DNA from: Bacillales bacterium UBA6380
GTDB lineage: Bacteria; Bacillota_I; Bacilli_A; RFN20; CAG-826
Length of the DNA stretch: 64,000 nucleotides
NCBI GenBank assembly: GCA_002438785.1
Contig: DJQS01000007.1
Span: forward strand, 6,194 to 70,193
Reading direction: 5' to 3'
The position numbers and the translations under genes were made by a program. This document shows positions 35,904 to 45,928 of the stretch, one piece after another. A model generated the notes under the pieces. It did no database searches, was not told where the DNA came from, and saw only the letters and a program-made list of their open reading frames with translations. Each line of letters begins with the position of its first letter. Within the stretch, counting starts at the first letter, position 1.

Positions 35904-37548
35904 AAAAAGATTTATTTTAATAGATTTTATATTCTTTATAGTAACTTTTATTATTTTTATAGTTTCTTTAACAACTATCAATTATAAATCTAAAAGCGAT
36001 TCAATAAATAATTTAGAAAATTATATTGCAATTGCTTCAAATATTTATAATAAAGAAAGTGATATAAATATTATTGAAGAAACTTTTGATGATTTTAATA
36101 AGGTTCGTATTACTTTGCTTTCTTATGATGATGGTAGTGTAATTTATGATAATAATAAAAATTATAATAAAGAAGAAAATAGATTAGATGAATTTGTTGA
36201 GCATAATAATAAAAATGCTTATTATAAAAAAAGTAAAACTACTAATGTAGAAGTTCTATATTTAGTTAAAAAAGATAACAATACTAATGTTTTTATTCGT
36301 GTTGGCATTCCTAAAGCGGAAGTTTTGTCTTTAACCTATAATTTAGCAATTTATGGTAGTTTAACATTATTTATTATTAATATTGCTTTTTACGTTATGA
36401 TTTATTTTTATTTTCGCAAGGATATTTTATCTATAGAAGAAGATATTAATAAATTAAATAAAATAGTTGATCCTAGTGTACAAATTAATAAAGTTGATAT
36501 TAAAGAATTAAAAAATACTTTATATAAAACCTATGATTTAATTTTAGAAAAAATTAATGAAGTTACTGATGAAAAAAATAAAAAAGATTTTATTTTAAAT
36601 AATATTTCTCAAGGATTTATAATTTTGGATAATCATCTTAACATAATAAGTATTAATAAATATGCACTTAATTTATTTAAATTAGAGGAAAATAAAATTT
36701 TGTTTAAAAATATTTTATACTTAGAATTTGGTAATTTAATAGAAAAAGAATTATTAAATTTTGATAATGATAATAAATCATTTATTATTAGAAATAACAA
36801 TCATTATTATGAGTTCGAAGCAAGCAAGATTAAATTTAAAAATAGGAACGTTATAGCTTTATTAATAATTGATATAAGTAAAGATAAGCAAGCTGAAACT
36901 ATGAAAAGAGATTTCTTTGCTAATGCTTCCCATGAACTTAAATCTCCCTTAACATCAATTATTGGTTATCAAGAATTAATTAAATCTAATTTAATTACAA
37001 AAAAAGAAGATCTTAAAAATGCTACTCAAGCAACTTTAAATGAAGCCCTTAGAATGAAAAACATTGTTCTTGATATGCTATCGTTATCAAAACTTGAGCA
37101 AAATGTTGATAGTGGAAAAGAAAAGATAAATATTAAAGATGTCGTTTTAGAAGTTTTAAATAATTTAAATCCTCAAATAAGGGCAAAAAAAATTAAAATA
37201 TCTACAGATCTCAAGGATTTTTATATAATTTTAAATAAAGATGATGCCTATAAATTAGTCAATAATTTAGTTTCTAACGCTATAAATTATAATAAAATTG
37301 GTGGTGAAATTTATATTAAACTTGATAATTCTTTAATCATAAAAGATACAGGAATTGGTATTAGTGAAGAAGATTTACCACATATTTTTGAAAGATTCTA
37401 TTGTGTAGATAAAGCTCGAACCAAAAACAATTCTGGAACTGGACTAGGGTTAGCTATTGTTAAACATATATGTTTAAATAATAAATTCAAAATAAACGTG
37501 ACTTCGAAATTAAATGAAGGAACTACTTTTGAAATTAATTTCAAATAA
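35896..37548 (+). CDS. sensor histidine kinase (PhoR-like)
   Basis: Two TM, H-box FFANASHELKSPLTS, N/G boxes (GTGLGLAIVK); 8-nt overlap with the regulator gene. Confidence 0.75.
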   Translation: MNKKRFILIDFIFFIVTFIIFIVSLTTINYKSKSDSINNLENYIAIASNIYNKESDINIIEETFDDFNKVRITLLSYDDGSVIYDNNKNYNKEENRLDEFVEHNNKNAYYKKSKTTNVEVLYLVKKDNNTNVFIRVGIPKAEVLSLTYNLAIYGSLTLFIINIAFYVMIYFYFRKDILSIEEDINKLNKIVDPSVQINKVDIKELKNTLYKTYDLILEKINEVTDEKNKKDFILNNISQGFIILDNHLNIISINKYALNLFKLEENKILFKNILYLEFGNLIEKELLNFDNDNKSFIIRNNNHYYEFEASKIKFKNRNVIALLIIDISKDKQAETMKRDFFANASHELKSPLTSIIGYQELIKSNLITKKEDLKNATQATLNEALRMKNIVLDMLSLSKLEQNVDSGKEKINIKDVVLEVLNNLNPQIRAKKIKISTDLKDFYIILNKDDAYKLVNNLVSNAINYNKIGGEIYIKLDNSLIIKDTGIGISEEDLPHIFERFYCVDKARTKNNSGTGLGLAIVKHICLNNKFKINVTSKLNEGTTFEINFK

Positions 37549-37636
37549 TTTTAAATATAAAATTTTACTTGAAACAATCTTAAATTTTTTATATTATTGA
37601 AAAGTCTTTTTTAAAAAGGGAAAGGAGAAAGACTCA

Positions 37637-39181
37637 ATGGAAATGGTAGATGGAAAACTACAACTTTTTGGTGTTAAAAAAGCCGGTTCTACTTATCGAA
37701 AAGAGATTCTTGGTGGATTAACGACCTTCTTTGCAATGAGCTATATTATTGCTACAAATCCAGGCATTCTAAGTGCTAGTGGTATGCCTTGGGGCGCTGT
37801 ATTTATTGCAACTATTTTAGCTTCTGTTATTGCAACATTAATTATGGGACTTTTTGCAAATGTTCCATATGCTCAAGCTCCAGGCATGGGCTTAAATGCT
37901 TTCTTTACATACACCGTATGTATGGCTCTTAAGTTTAGCTGGCAAGAAGCACTAACGATGGTTTTTATTTGTGGTGTTATAAATATTCTTATAACAGTTA
38001 CAAAAGTAAGAAAATTAATCATTAAGGCAATACCTCAATCATTACAATCAGCAATCAGTGGTGGTATTGGTTTATTTATTGCTTATTTAGGTATTTTAAA
38101 TATTGGTGGAATTAGTTTTGGTAGTGGCGTTCCTTCAATGAGCACATGGAATAGTGCAAGTGTTATTGTTTTTTTAATTGGATTAGTAATCTGCATAGTT
38201 TTAAATTGTTTAAAAGTAAAAGGTGCAATGATTATTACAATTATTGTTACTACATTATTTGGTTTAATTCCAATTGGTGGGGTTACATTAACTAAGATGG
38301 GTGCTTTAAGTGTTGGAAGTTCCCAATATGGTTATATGGATGGATTTATTGATGCTTTTAAACAACTTCCACAAACTTTTGGTGCAATTTTTACTAAAGA
38401 AGGATTCCCAAGCTTATTTGGCGAAGGTGGCGTTAAAGCAGTTACTGCAATAATTACAATTTTCTCATTTAGTTTAACTGATACTTTTGATACACTTGGT
38501 ACATTTATTGGAACTGGTAGAAAAACTGGAATATTTACTGATGAAGACATAAATGGTATGGAAACTAGCCGTGGATTTAAATCAAAGATGGACAAAGCTT
38601 TATTTAGTGATTCTGTTGCTACTAGTATTGGAGCTATTTTTGGAACAAGTAATACTACAACATTTGTTGAAAGTGCTGCTGGTATTGGAGCTGGAGCTAG
38701 AACTGGTTTAGCTAGTGTTGTTACCGCTTTAATGTTTTTAGTTTCAATATTCTTTGCTGGTCCAATTAGTGCAATTCCTAGTGCTGCAACTGCTCCGGTT
38801 TTAGTAATTGTTGGATGTATGATGTTATCTAATTTTACAGATATTAAATGGACTAAATTAGAAGAAGCGATTCCTGCTTTCTTTGCTACAGCATTTATGG
38901 CTTTCTGCTACAGCATTTCTTATGGTATAGCAATGGGCTTTATTAGTTATTGTATTGTTAAGTTAGTTTTATTTGTTAAAGATTATATAGTTTATTCCAA
39001 TAAGAGAAAATCAATTGATGATACGATGATTTTAGATGAGAATAATGCTATTCTTAATAAAGAAACTAATGAGGTTATTTTAACTAAACCTAATTTAGGA
39101 ATTAGTTTGATTTTAGGTATTTCTACTCTTTTATTCTTACTTAACTTCATTTTACTTGCTACACCTTTAATGAATAAATAA
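37637..39181 (+). CDS. NCS2/AzgA-family purine (adenine/guanine/hypoxanthine) permease
   Basis: 514 aa polytopic; characteristic N-terminus KEILGGLTTFFAMSYIIATNPGIL of PbuG/AzgA-like permeases. Confidence 0.75.
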   Translation: MEMVDGKLQLFGVKKAGSTYRKEILGGLTTFFAMSYIIATNPGILSASGMPWGAVFIATILASVIATLIMGLFANVPYAQAPGMGLNAFFTYTVCMALKFSWQEALTMVFICGVINILITVTKVRKLIIKAIPQSLQSAISGGIGLFIAYLGILNIGGISFGSGVPSMSTWNSASVIVFLIGLVICIVLNCLKVKGAMIITIIVTTLFGLIPIGGVTLTKMGALSVGSSQYGYMDGFIDAFKQLPQTFGAIFTKEGFPSLFGEGGVKAVTAIITIFSFSLTDTFDTLGTFIGTGRKTGIFTDEDINGMETSRGFKSKMDKALFSDSVATSIGAIFGTSNTTTFVESAAGIGAGARTGLASVVTALMFLVSIFFAGPISAIPSAATAPVLVIVGCMMLSNFTDIKWTKLEEAIPAFFATAFMAFCYSISYGIAMGFISYCIVKLVLFVKDYIVYSNKRKSIDDTMILDENNAILNKETNEVILTKPNLGISLILGISTLLFLLNFILLATPLMNK

Positions 39182-39196
39182 GTTTTATTTTAATAG

Positions 39197-39228
39197 AAAA
39201 GCTAACTATAAAGGTTAGCTTTTCTTAC
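39197..39228 (+). terminator. rho-independent terminator
   Basis: AAAAGCTAAC-tataaag-GTTAGCTTTT then T-rich, 16 nt after the permease stop. Confidence 0.6.
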
Positions 39229-39285
39229 TTTAAAAAACTTTTGAATAATATAGGCATTTATGCTATTATAATTAGGCTTGAATAT

Positions 39286-39359
39286 GCCCCCTTAGTTAAT
39301 CGGTATAACGGATCCATGGTAAGGATCTATGCGTAGTTCGACTCTGCGAGGGGGCACCA
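39286..39359 (+). tRNA. tRNA-Thr (anticodon GGT)
   Basis: Hand-folded cloverleaf: acceptor GCCCCCT/AGGGGGC, D-stem GTTA/TAAC with GG loop, anticodon stem GATCC/GGATC with loop ATGGTAA, T-stem CGTAG/CTGCG with TTCGACT loop, discriminator A plus encoded CCA. Confidence 0.85.
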
Positions 39360-39865
39360 TTGAAAATTTGCGATATTATGCTAAATAACATAATGTCGTT
39401 TTTTTATATATAGAATTACAAAAACAAAAGTGAAATAATTGATGATTTTAGGAAATAGTTGAAAATAGTCTATTTAGATTATCGAAATTACAGGAGATTA
39501 AAAATGAAGAATTAATTATTAAACTTTAATAAATTAAATAAAATATTTGAGTTTAGAAGGTTTTTTAGAAAATTTAGATTCAATTCAAGAAAAATTACAA
39601 TCTTGAAATTAATTTTATCGAAGTGATAGATTATTTAAATTTGATAGAATTAAAATCAAAAAAAGAGCGCATATAATGTAGTGATTAATATATCAGACAT
39701 TTTTATAAAAAATGATTGATTTTGGCTTTAATTTCTAACCATCTTTAAATAAAACGAAAATTTTAAATTTTTTACTTTAGAATTTTAAATACGAATTAAA
39801 ATATTATTTTTGGCTAATTAGGGAGATAGAAATTTTAAAAAAGTATTTATTTAAAACACGAATGT

Positions 39866-39894
39866 TTTTTTCAAGATTGACACTAGATAATAAA
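39866..39894 (+). promoter_or_regulatory. sigma-70-like promoter (TTGACA-N17-TAATAT)
   Basis: Consensus -35 with 17-nt spacer; about 30 nt upstream of the GGAGGG RBS of the 39924 gene. Confidence 0.35.
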
Positions 39895-39923
39895 AATATT
39901 AATATATAGTCATTGGAGGGAAT

Positions 39924-41150
39924 ATGAAATATTTTTGTTATTCATTTGGTCTTATTGTTTTAGTTTTGGCTATAATTTTTCTTTTATTGGCTATTTTCTC
40001 TTATAATTCTAAGAATAAGAGTAAAAATGACTTACTAGGAAGCATAATTAAATGTGTAGTACCTCTACTTGGATTGATATTTATTTTTACATGCTTTACA
40101 AAACTTTTTGATTATAAATATTTATTAAGTGGATTAATTGTTTTTATAATTTATGTGATTTTAGTTTTCTTAATTAAGATTTTAATCTTAACATCTATCT
40201 CAAGATATAGTTTTATTAAATTAATTGAAAGAATTGGATCTGATATTAAAGATTCATTTAAAGAAAAAACAAATGTTTTTTCTAAGATAGGAGATGTTTT
40301 ATTATTTTTAATTTCTCCTGACTTTGTAATAACTAGATTAAGTGAAGATGCACATATTATAAATTATAGTGATGAATATAATAATAAATATATTAGAGTT
40401 AGTTTAAAAAAGTCATATAGTTTATTAAATTTAGTTATCAGTATTATTTTATGCATAATTTGCTATTTTACATTTTATTTTAATAAGAGTAATGCAATTT
40501 ATTTAGGTCTTAAAGCTTTAATCATTTATCATATAATTTCTAGAAGTGTTGAAGAATTATCAAATTTATTTAATGATCTTATTAATAAAGACATTGAATA
40601 TAGATTGAATTTTAAAGAAAAGATTATTATAAGTAGCATAAAAATTATCGAATTTGCTATTTTAATGGTTGGAGCTTATTTAAGTTATAAATATATTGCT
40701 AAAGATGCTTTAGCTGGTGGAATGTCTACCTTATTAGGCAATTTAACAAACAAACATAATTATTATGGATTAACTGCCTTATCTACAATGAGTTTTACTG
40801 GTTGTATTGCTATCTTAATTAATTTATTTATTTCTAATTTTCAAAATAATGAATGCTATGTTGATAAAAATAGTCCTAAGTTAATGGTTATTAATAAAAA
40901 TAACGATAGGATTGAAGATATGTTTTCTTTAATGGATCATCATGATGGTATTGCTAGTATTGTTTTAAATCCTTCTAGAGATCAGTCTTATGTTATTTAT
41001 TATGATAACAAATATTATGGATATAGAAACGTTATTAGTAAGAATTTAGTTAATAATGAAAGTTGCGTTAATGATAATTTCTCAATTAATGAATCGATTG
41101 AATTAACTATTTCATTTAATAAGGAAAATAAAGAAATTACTATTAAATAA
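39924..41150 (+). CDS. polytopic membrane protein (408 aa), function unknown
   Basis: Multiple TM segments; Asn/Ile-rich soluble C-terminal part. Confidence 0.4.
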   Translation: MKYFCYSFGLIVLVLAIIFLLLAIFSYNSKNKSKNDLLGSIIKCVVPLLGLIFIFTCFTKLFDYKYLLSGLIVFIIYVILVFLIKILILTSISRYSFIKLIERIGSDIKDSFKEKTNVFSKIGDVLLFLISPDFVITRLSEDAHIINYSDEYNNKYIRVSLKKSYSLLNLVISIILCIICYFTFYFNKSNAIYLGLKALIIYHIISRSVEELSNLFNDLINKDIEYRLNFKEKIIISSIKIIEFAILMVGAYLSYKYIAKDALAGGMSTLLGNLTNKHNYYGLTALSTMSFTGCIAILINLFISNFQNNECYVDKNSPKLMVINKNNDRIEDMFSLMDHHDGIASIVLNPSRDQSYVIYYDNKYYGYRNVISKNLVNNESCVNDNFSINESIELTISFNKENKEITIK

Positions 41151-41167
41151 AATAATTAAACTATTAA

Positions 41168-41197
41168 AACTGCTTATTAATTTAAGCAGTTTTTTTA
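41168..41197 (+). terminator. rho-independent terminator
   Basis: AACTGCTTA-ttaatt-TAAGCAGTT followed by TTTTTTT. Confidence 0.5.
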
Positions 41198-41253
41198 TGT
41201 CAATAAAAGGATAAAATTAGTGACATTTAAAAACTCAATGTTATAATGTAAAT

Positions 41254-41730
41254 ATGTTCTTAGAAAAGTTTTTTTATTCATTTATTATGAGTTTACCAGT
41301 TGTTATTACAACAATTGGTATTTTGATTTTTTTATTTATTAAATTTAAAAAGACTAGAACTTTAATTTTAGGAATAACATTATTTTATTTTTCCTTATTT
41401 TTTATATATTTAATTTATTCGTATAACTGTAATATTTTTAATATAACTTTTATTAAAAAAATAAAAGCAATACTAAAAATTACTCTTAATATAGTTACAT
41501 TATTTAATGAATATCTTTTATATTTTTTAAATAATGGTTTTGTTTATATATTAATTAGTTTTGTATTTAGTATAACTTTTGTTTTTGCTATTAAAATTAT
41601 TATTATTCTTAATTTAATTGATAAAAAGCCTTCTAAAGTTAAACTATTTATTAAAAAAATTTCATTTTTAATTTTTAATAAAGAAGAATTTAATATATTT
41701 AAAAACCCTTTTTATAATCTTAGATGTTAG
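41254..41730 (+). CDS. small membrane protein (158 aa), function unknown
   Basis: Three or four hydrophobic segments; very AT-rich. Confidence 0.35.
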   Translation: MFLEKFFYSFIMSLPVVITTIGILIFLFIKFKKTRTLILGITLFYFSLFFIYLIYSYNCNIFNITFIKKIKAILKITLNIVTLFNEYLLYFLNNGFVYILISFVFSITFVFAIKIIIILNLIDKKPSKVKLFIKKISFLIFNKEEFNIFKNPFYNLRC

Positions 41731-41778
41731 AGATATTTTATATTTTTAATTTTTAATTTTATAAAATAGGAGTGAATT

Positions 41779-44700
41779 ATGAATAAAAAAATAGTTTTTT
41801 TAACCTTTTGTAGTGTAGCTTGCTTATTTAGCTGTACTAATAAAAAAGACGTAAACGAAGATATTAAAAATATTTATAAAGATATAAGTAACGGAAATAA
41901 ATTAAAGGCGTTTATTATTAAAGATAATAATTATTATATTTTTGAAAATTCAACAGACATTATTTCCTTAGGAAGATTTGATGAATCAACATATAGTTTT
42001 GATAATTCAAATGATTTTGGTTTTATTCTTCCTAGTAGTGGAGTGATTAATTATGATGATTTAAGCATAAGTAATATTTCTAAATTAATTGTCAATTATA
42101 AAAGTAAAGAGATTTATTCTTTTATTGATTATAATACTAAAGCTCTATCTAAAATATATAATAGTAATAATTTCGATAATTTATATTTTTATAATGATTT
42201 TAATAATGAAAAATTTAGTAATGGATATGAAGTAAATCTAAAAATTGATAATTATAATAAAATTAGTTGTGAAGATATAAGGGAGTATTATTTAAATAGT
42301 TTTAACAAATATAATGATTTAAAAGAAATAGATTCCTTATATAAAAATATCAGCATCAGCGATGAGTTTAATGGTAAAAAAGTTGTTTCTATTGGTAACT
42401 TATCTAATACTTTAAAATCTTTAAAAATAGATAACATTAATTTTACATTTTCAAATAACATTGAAAATGTAAGTGAAGATGCTTTTAATGGACTAAAATT
42501 TAATAATGATTTAAATCTGAGTAACAATCTTATAAATATCGAAGATAACGCGTTTAAAAATAGTCAGATAAATAAATTACTTGTTCATGATAAAAAGATT
42601 AATTATAAAGATTCAAGCTTTTTAAATTTAAAATTAAATGAAATTAATTTTGATCATGAGGATTCAAATAATTTAAATTTAATAGATGATTTTATCTCTG
42701 ATAATTATGATTTAAAAGTAACAATTAATAATTTATATTATGATAAATTTACAAAGATAAAGGAAATATATAAAAAAGCTACAAATAACGAAATAAATAC
42801 TAAAGCATACTTAGTTAAAAATAATCATTATTATGTGTTTGATGGAATTGATAAAATTACTCAATTGGGTATTTTTGATTTAGACAAAAATGAATTTAGT
42901 AATAGTAATGAATTTGGTTTTATTCTTCCTAGCAGTGGAACAATTAATTATGATTCAAGTAATGTTTTAGAGTGCTCAAAATTATTAGTTAATTTAAATA
43001 ATAAAAATATTTATTCTTATATTAATTTAGACGGTGAGATTTCTAACGATTATAATGGTAATAATTTTGATAATCTATATTTTTATGGTGATTCAAGTAA
43101 TAATGACATTAGTAATGGATATGAAGTTAGTTTAAAAATTGATAATTATTTAAAAATTAGTAACGAAGAAGTTCGTAATTATTATTTGAATAATTTCCTA
43201 TCATATAATGATTTAAAAGATCAAAAAGACATAAAAAAGTTATATGAAAAGATTATATTAAAAAATGATTTTAATAATAAAAATGTTGTAGCTATTGGTA
43301 ATTTTTCTAAAGTATTAAAAGAACTCGGATTAACTAGTATTAATTTAAATTTAAGTGAAAATATTGAGTATATTAAAGAAGATGCATTTAATGGAATTAG
43401 CTTTAATAATGAAGTTTTGACATTAAATAAAAAACTTAAAAATATTGATATAAGGGCATTTGCTTATTCGAATATTTATACTCTATATGTTTACGATAAT
43501 GAAATTGAATTTTATTATGAAACATATAATAAATTCACTCATAAATTTAGACCATTTGAGGATGATAGTTTTTATGAAGCAAATGTTAAAAATATTCATT
43601 TTGAAACATATAATTCAGGCAATAGTTTATTATCTAATTATTTAGCTGGCAATAATAGTGAATTAATTATTAAATGTGGAAAAAATCTAAATTCTAAATA
43701 TTATGACTCAATAAGTGAGGGCTTAAACATAGAAAAAACAATTAATCCACTTTGTGACTTAAAAGATATTTCAAATAATGTAATTGGAGATAATAATTTA
43801 ACACTAGTAGATACTAATGAAAGCTTAATTTTATCTATTAAAAATAAACTTGATGATGGAAATCTTTATAATGGATCTAATGTTAGAGAATACGGAACTT
43901 TAGATGCTAAAACTGCTAATTCTATACCTAATATGTTAAGTAGCGACTTTGTTAATAAATATACTAAAAATGTTTATACATTAAAATTAAAAAACGATCT
44001 AACAATTAAAGGAAAAGTTTATGTTGGAGCTACTATTAATAGCGAAGCTCAAAGAAATCAAGGATATATTACAGGTGACTATGTTACTCTCGATTTAAAT
44101 GGGCATAATGTTTATATCGAAGATGGTGGAGTATTAGAAAGTAGTGGCTATATTATTGATAGTAGTGCAAATCAAAGTGGTATGATTGAAATCAAAAATG
44201 GTGGCACATTATCGACAAATTTTAATGTAGAAGATTATAGTGGTGGTCAAATTACAAAGAATAGATATGACAAAAATGTTAGTCCTTTCAATTTATTTAA
44301 ATTAGGATATTTGCAAGTTAATACTAAAATAAATAAAGGTGGTAAGCTTAATGGACTTTGCGTTTTGTACGCTTCATATTCTCAAAATGAAGCAATTCAA
44401 ACTATCATTGGAGAAGACGGCTTATTTGATATTAGTTCTAATGATGGATATATCATTAAAAGAGCAAAATTCATTAATAATGAATATGATGGAATTGATC
44501 ATTATGAAATATATGGTGATTGCAAAACTAATTCAATGACTTTAAGAGTTGGAGCTATTGCTTTAAGTACATCAAAATTATTTTTACCATTAACTAGATT
44601 TCAAACAATCGATATCTATAAAGGTAAATTTACCATGAACACAAAATTAAAAGTGCTTCCAGGAACAGAAGTTAATGTTTATAATGGCGCTACTTTAGTT

Positions 44701-45105
44701 ATTAATGAAAACGTTATAATTTATGAAGAATATAAAACACAAGCTGAGGTTGGTGTAAATTATTTTGCAAATTATTGTGATTATTATGCTAGTTCAAAAT
44801 ATGATAAAGATAATATTAATCAAGGGCAAATAAATTTCTATAATGGTTCTAATTTAATAGTAAATGATGGAAATGGAATTAATGGTTTAATAAATGTGGA
44901 AGATAATAATGTCTTAGAGGTAATTAAAAATATGTATGAAAATACTAATTTTAATAATAAATTAGAGTCTATTGAAAGCGATGGAACTACCACATATTAC
45001 ATAGCTGCATCAAGCAATATAACTAAATATTATAAAGATTTAAAAGATAAAATATCATTAATTTCTACTATTAAAGAAGAAGATCACAAAGTAATAACTG
45101 CTTAA
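41779..45105 (+). CDS. large surface lipoprotein with tandemly duplicated about 300-aa modules (BspA-type LRR-like) and C-terminal beta-helix-like domain
   Basis: Lipobox VACLFSC; res about 40-335 and about 340-640 are paralogous (KAFIIKDNNYYIFEN...FGFILPSSGVINYDD versus KAYLVKNNHYYVFDG...FGFILPSSGTINYDS); Gly/Asn-rich repetitive C-terminus. Confidence 0.55.
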   Translation: MNKKIVFLTFCSVACLFSCTNKKDVNEDIKNIYKDISNGNKLKAFIIKDNNYYIFENSTDIISLGRFDESTYSFDNSNDFGFILPSSGVINYDDLSISNISKLIVNYKSKEIYSFIDYNTKALSKIYNSNNFDNLYFYNDFNNEKFSNGYEVNLKIDNYNKISCEDIREYYLNSFNKYNDLKEIDSLYKNISISDEFNGKKVVSIGNLSNTLKSLKIDNINFTFSNNIENVSEDAFNGLKFNNDLNLSNNLINIEDNAFKNSQINKLLVHDKKINYKDSSFLNLKLNEINFDHEDSNNLNLIDDFISDNYDLKVTINNLYYDKFTKIKEIYKKATNNEINTKAYLVKNNHYYVFDGIDKITQLGIFDLDKNEFSNSNEFGFILPSSGTINYDSSNVLECSKLLVNLNNKNIYSYINLDGEISNDYNGNNFDNLYFYGDSSNNDISNGYEVSLKIDNYLKISNEEVRNYYLNNFLSYNDLKDQKDIKKLYEKIILKNDFNNKNVVAIGNFSKVLKELGLTSINLNLSENIEYIKEDAFNGISFNNEVLTLNKKLKNIDIRAFAYSNIYTLYVYDNEIEFYYETYNKFTHKFRPFEDDSFYEANVKNIHFETYNSGNSLLSNYLAGNNSELIIKCGKNLNSKYYDSISEGLNIEKTINPLCDLKDISNNVIGDNNLTLVDTNESLILSIKNKLDDGNLYNGSNVREYGTLDAKTANSIPNMLSSDFVNKYTKNVYTLKLKNDLTIKGKVYVGATINSEAQRNQGYITGDYVTLDLNGHNVYIEDGGVLESSGYIIDSSANQSGMIEIKNGGTLSTNFNVEDYSGGQITKNRYDKNVSPFNLFKLGYLQVNTKINKGGKLNGLCVLYASYSQNEAIQTIIGEDGLFDISSNDGYIIKRAKFINNEYDGIDHYEIYGDCKTNSMTLRVGAIALSTSKLFLPLTRFQTIDIYKGKFTMNTKLKVLPGTEVNVYNGATLVINENVIIYEEYKTQAEVGVNYFANYCDYYASSKYDKDNINQGQINFYNGSNLIVNDGNGINGLINVEDNNVLEVIKNMYENTNFNNKLESIESDGTTTYYIAASSNITKYYKDLKDKISLISTIKEEDHKVITA

Positions 45106-45185
45106 TTTTGTAAAAAAGCCTTTCAAATCTGCATTATTTTAATTATTTTTTTATTAATTATCTAAGAGAGACAATCTATTTATAA

Positions 45186-45212
45186 AAAAGAATGGGTAGT
45201 CCCATTCTTTTT
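45186..45212 (+). terminator. rho-independent terminator
   Basis: AAGAATGGG-tagt-CCCATTCTT then TTTT. Confidence 0.5.
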
Positions 45213-45278
45213 GCATACATAATTAATTTTTTAGCTTCTTGATTTAGATTTTTTATAAAGATAAAATATTTATAACTT

Positions 45279-45914
45279 ATGAATAGAGCCATATTTTTTG
45301 ATTTAGATGGAACATTATGGGATGCATTAGAAGAAATAAATGATTCTTATAATGCTTTTATGTTAGAAAATAATTTACCATATAGATTTACAAAAGACAT
45401 TACCTCTTCTTATATGGGGTTAACTCCTTTAGAAACTGCTAGGCTAGCTTTTAAAGATTTAGATGATGATAAAGCAATGAAATTATTTCATTTACTTTTT
45501 AAATTTGAAATTGCTTATTTAAGAAAGTATCCTGGGAAATTATATAATAACGAAGAAGAAGTTATAAATGCATTATCAAAGTCTTATCCTTTATATATTG
45601 TATCAAATGCTGATAAAGGATATATTGAAAATTATTTATTTGGTTGTGATATGAATCAATATTTTAAAGGTCATATTTGTGCTGGTGATACAGATTGTGA
45701 TAAGGCAACAAATATTAAAATATTGATGGAAAAAGAGGGAATTAACGAAGTAATTTATGTAGGTGATACTTTAAAAGATTATGAACAGTCTAAAAAAGCC
45801 GGCGTTCAATTTATTTATGCTAGTTATGGATTTGGATCGATTGATTTTAAAGTTAATAAAATTGATAATCTTAATGAATTAATACCTTTAATATCTAAAA
45901 TTTTTAATAATTAA
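45279..45914 (+). CDS. HAD-superfamily hydrolase (phosphatase)
   Basis: Motif I FFDLDGTLWD, motif IV-like VGDTLKD. Confidence 0.6.
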   Translation: MNRAIFFDLDGTLWDALEEINDSYNAFMLENNLPYRFTKDITSSYMGLTPLETARLAFKDLDDDKAMKLFHLLFKFEIAYLRKYPGKLYNNEEEVINALSKSYPLYIVSNADKGYIENYLFGCDMNQYFKGHICAGDTDCDKATNIKILMEKEGINEVIYVGDTLKDYEQSKKAGVQFIYASYGFGSIDFKVNKIDNLNELIPLISKIFNN

Positions 45915-45928
45915 AAGGAGAAAAATTT

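Noticed and set aside
37549-37636. Purine riboswitch upstream of the NCS2 purine permease
   Set aside because: The intergenic region is only about 88 nt and lacks the conserved purine-aptamer core. No support.
39286-39359. tmRNA (the GGGGGCACCA-like 3' end initially suggested ssrA)
   Set aside because: The element folds as a 74-nt canonical cloverleaf with anticodon GGT, which is a tRNA-Thr. No tmRNA tag-reading frame or pseudoknot region is present.
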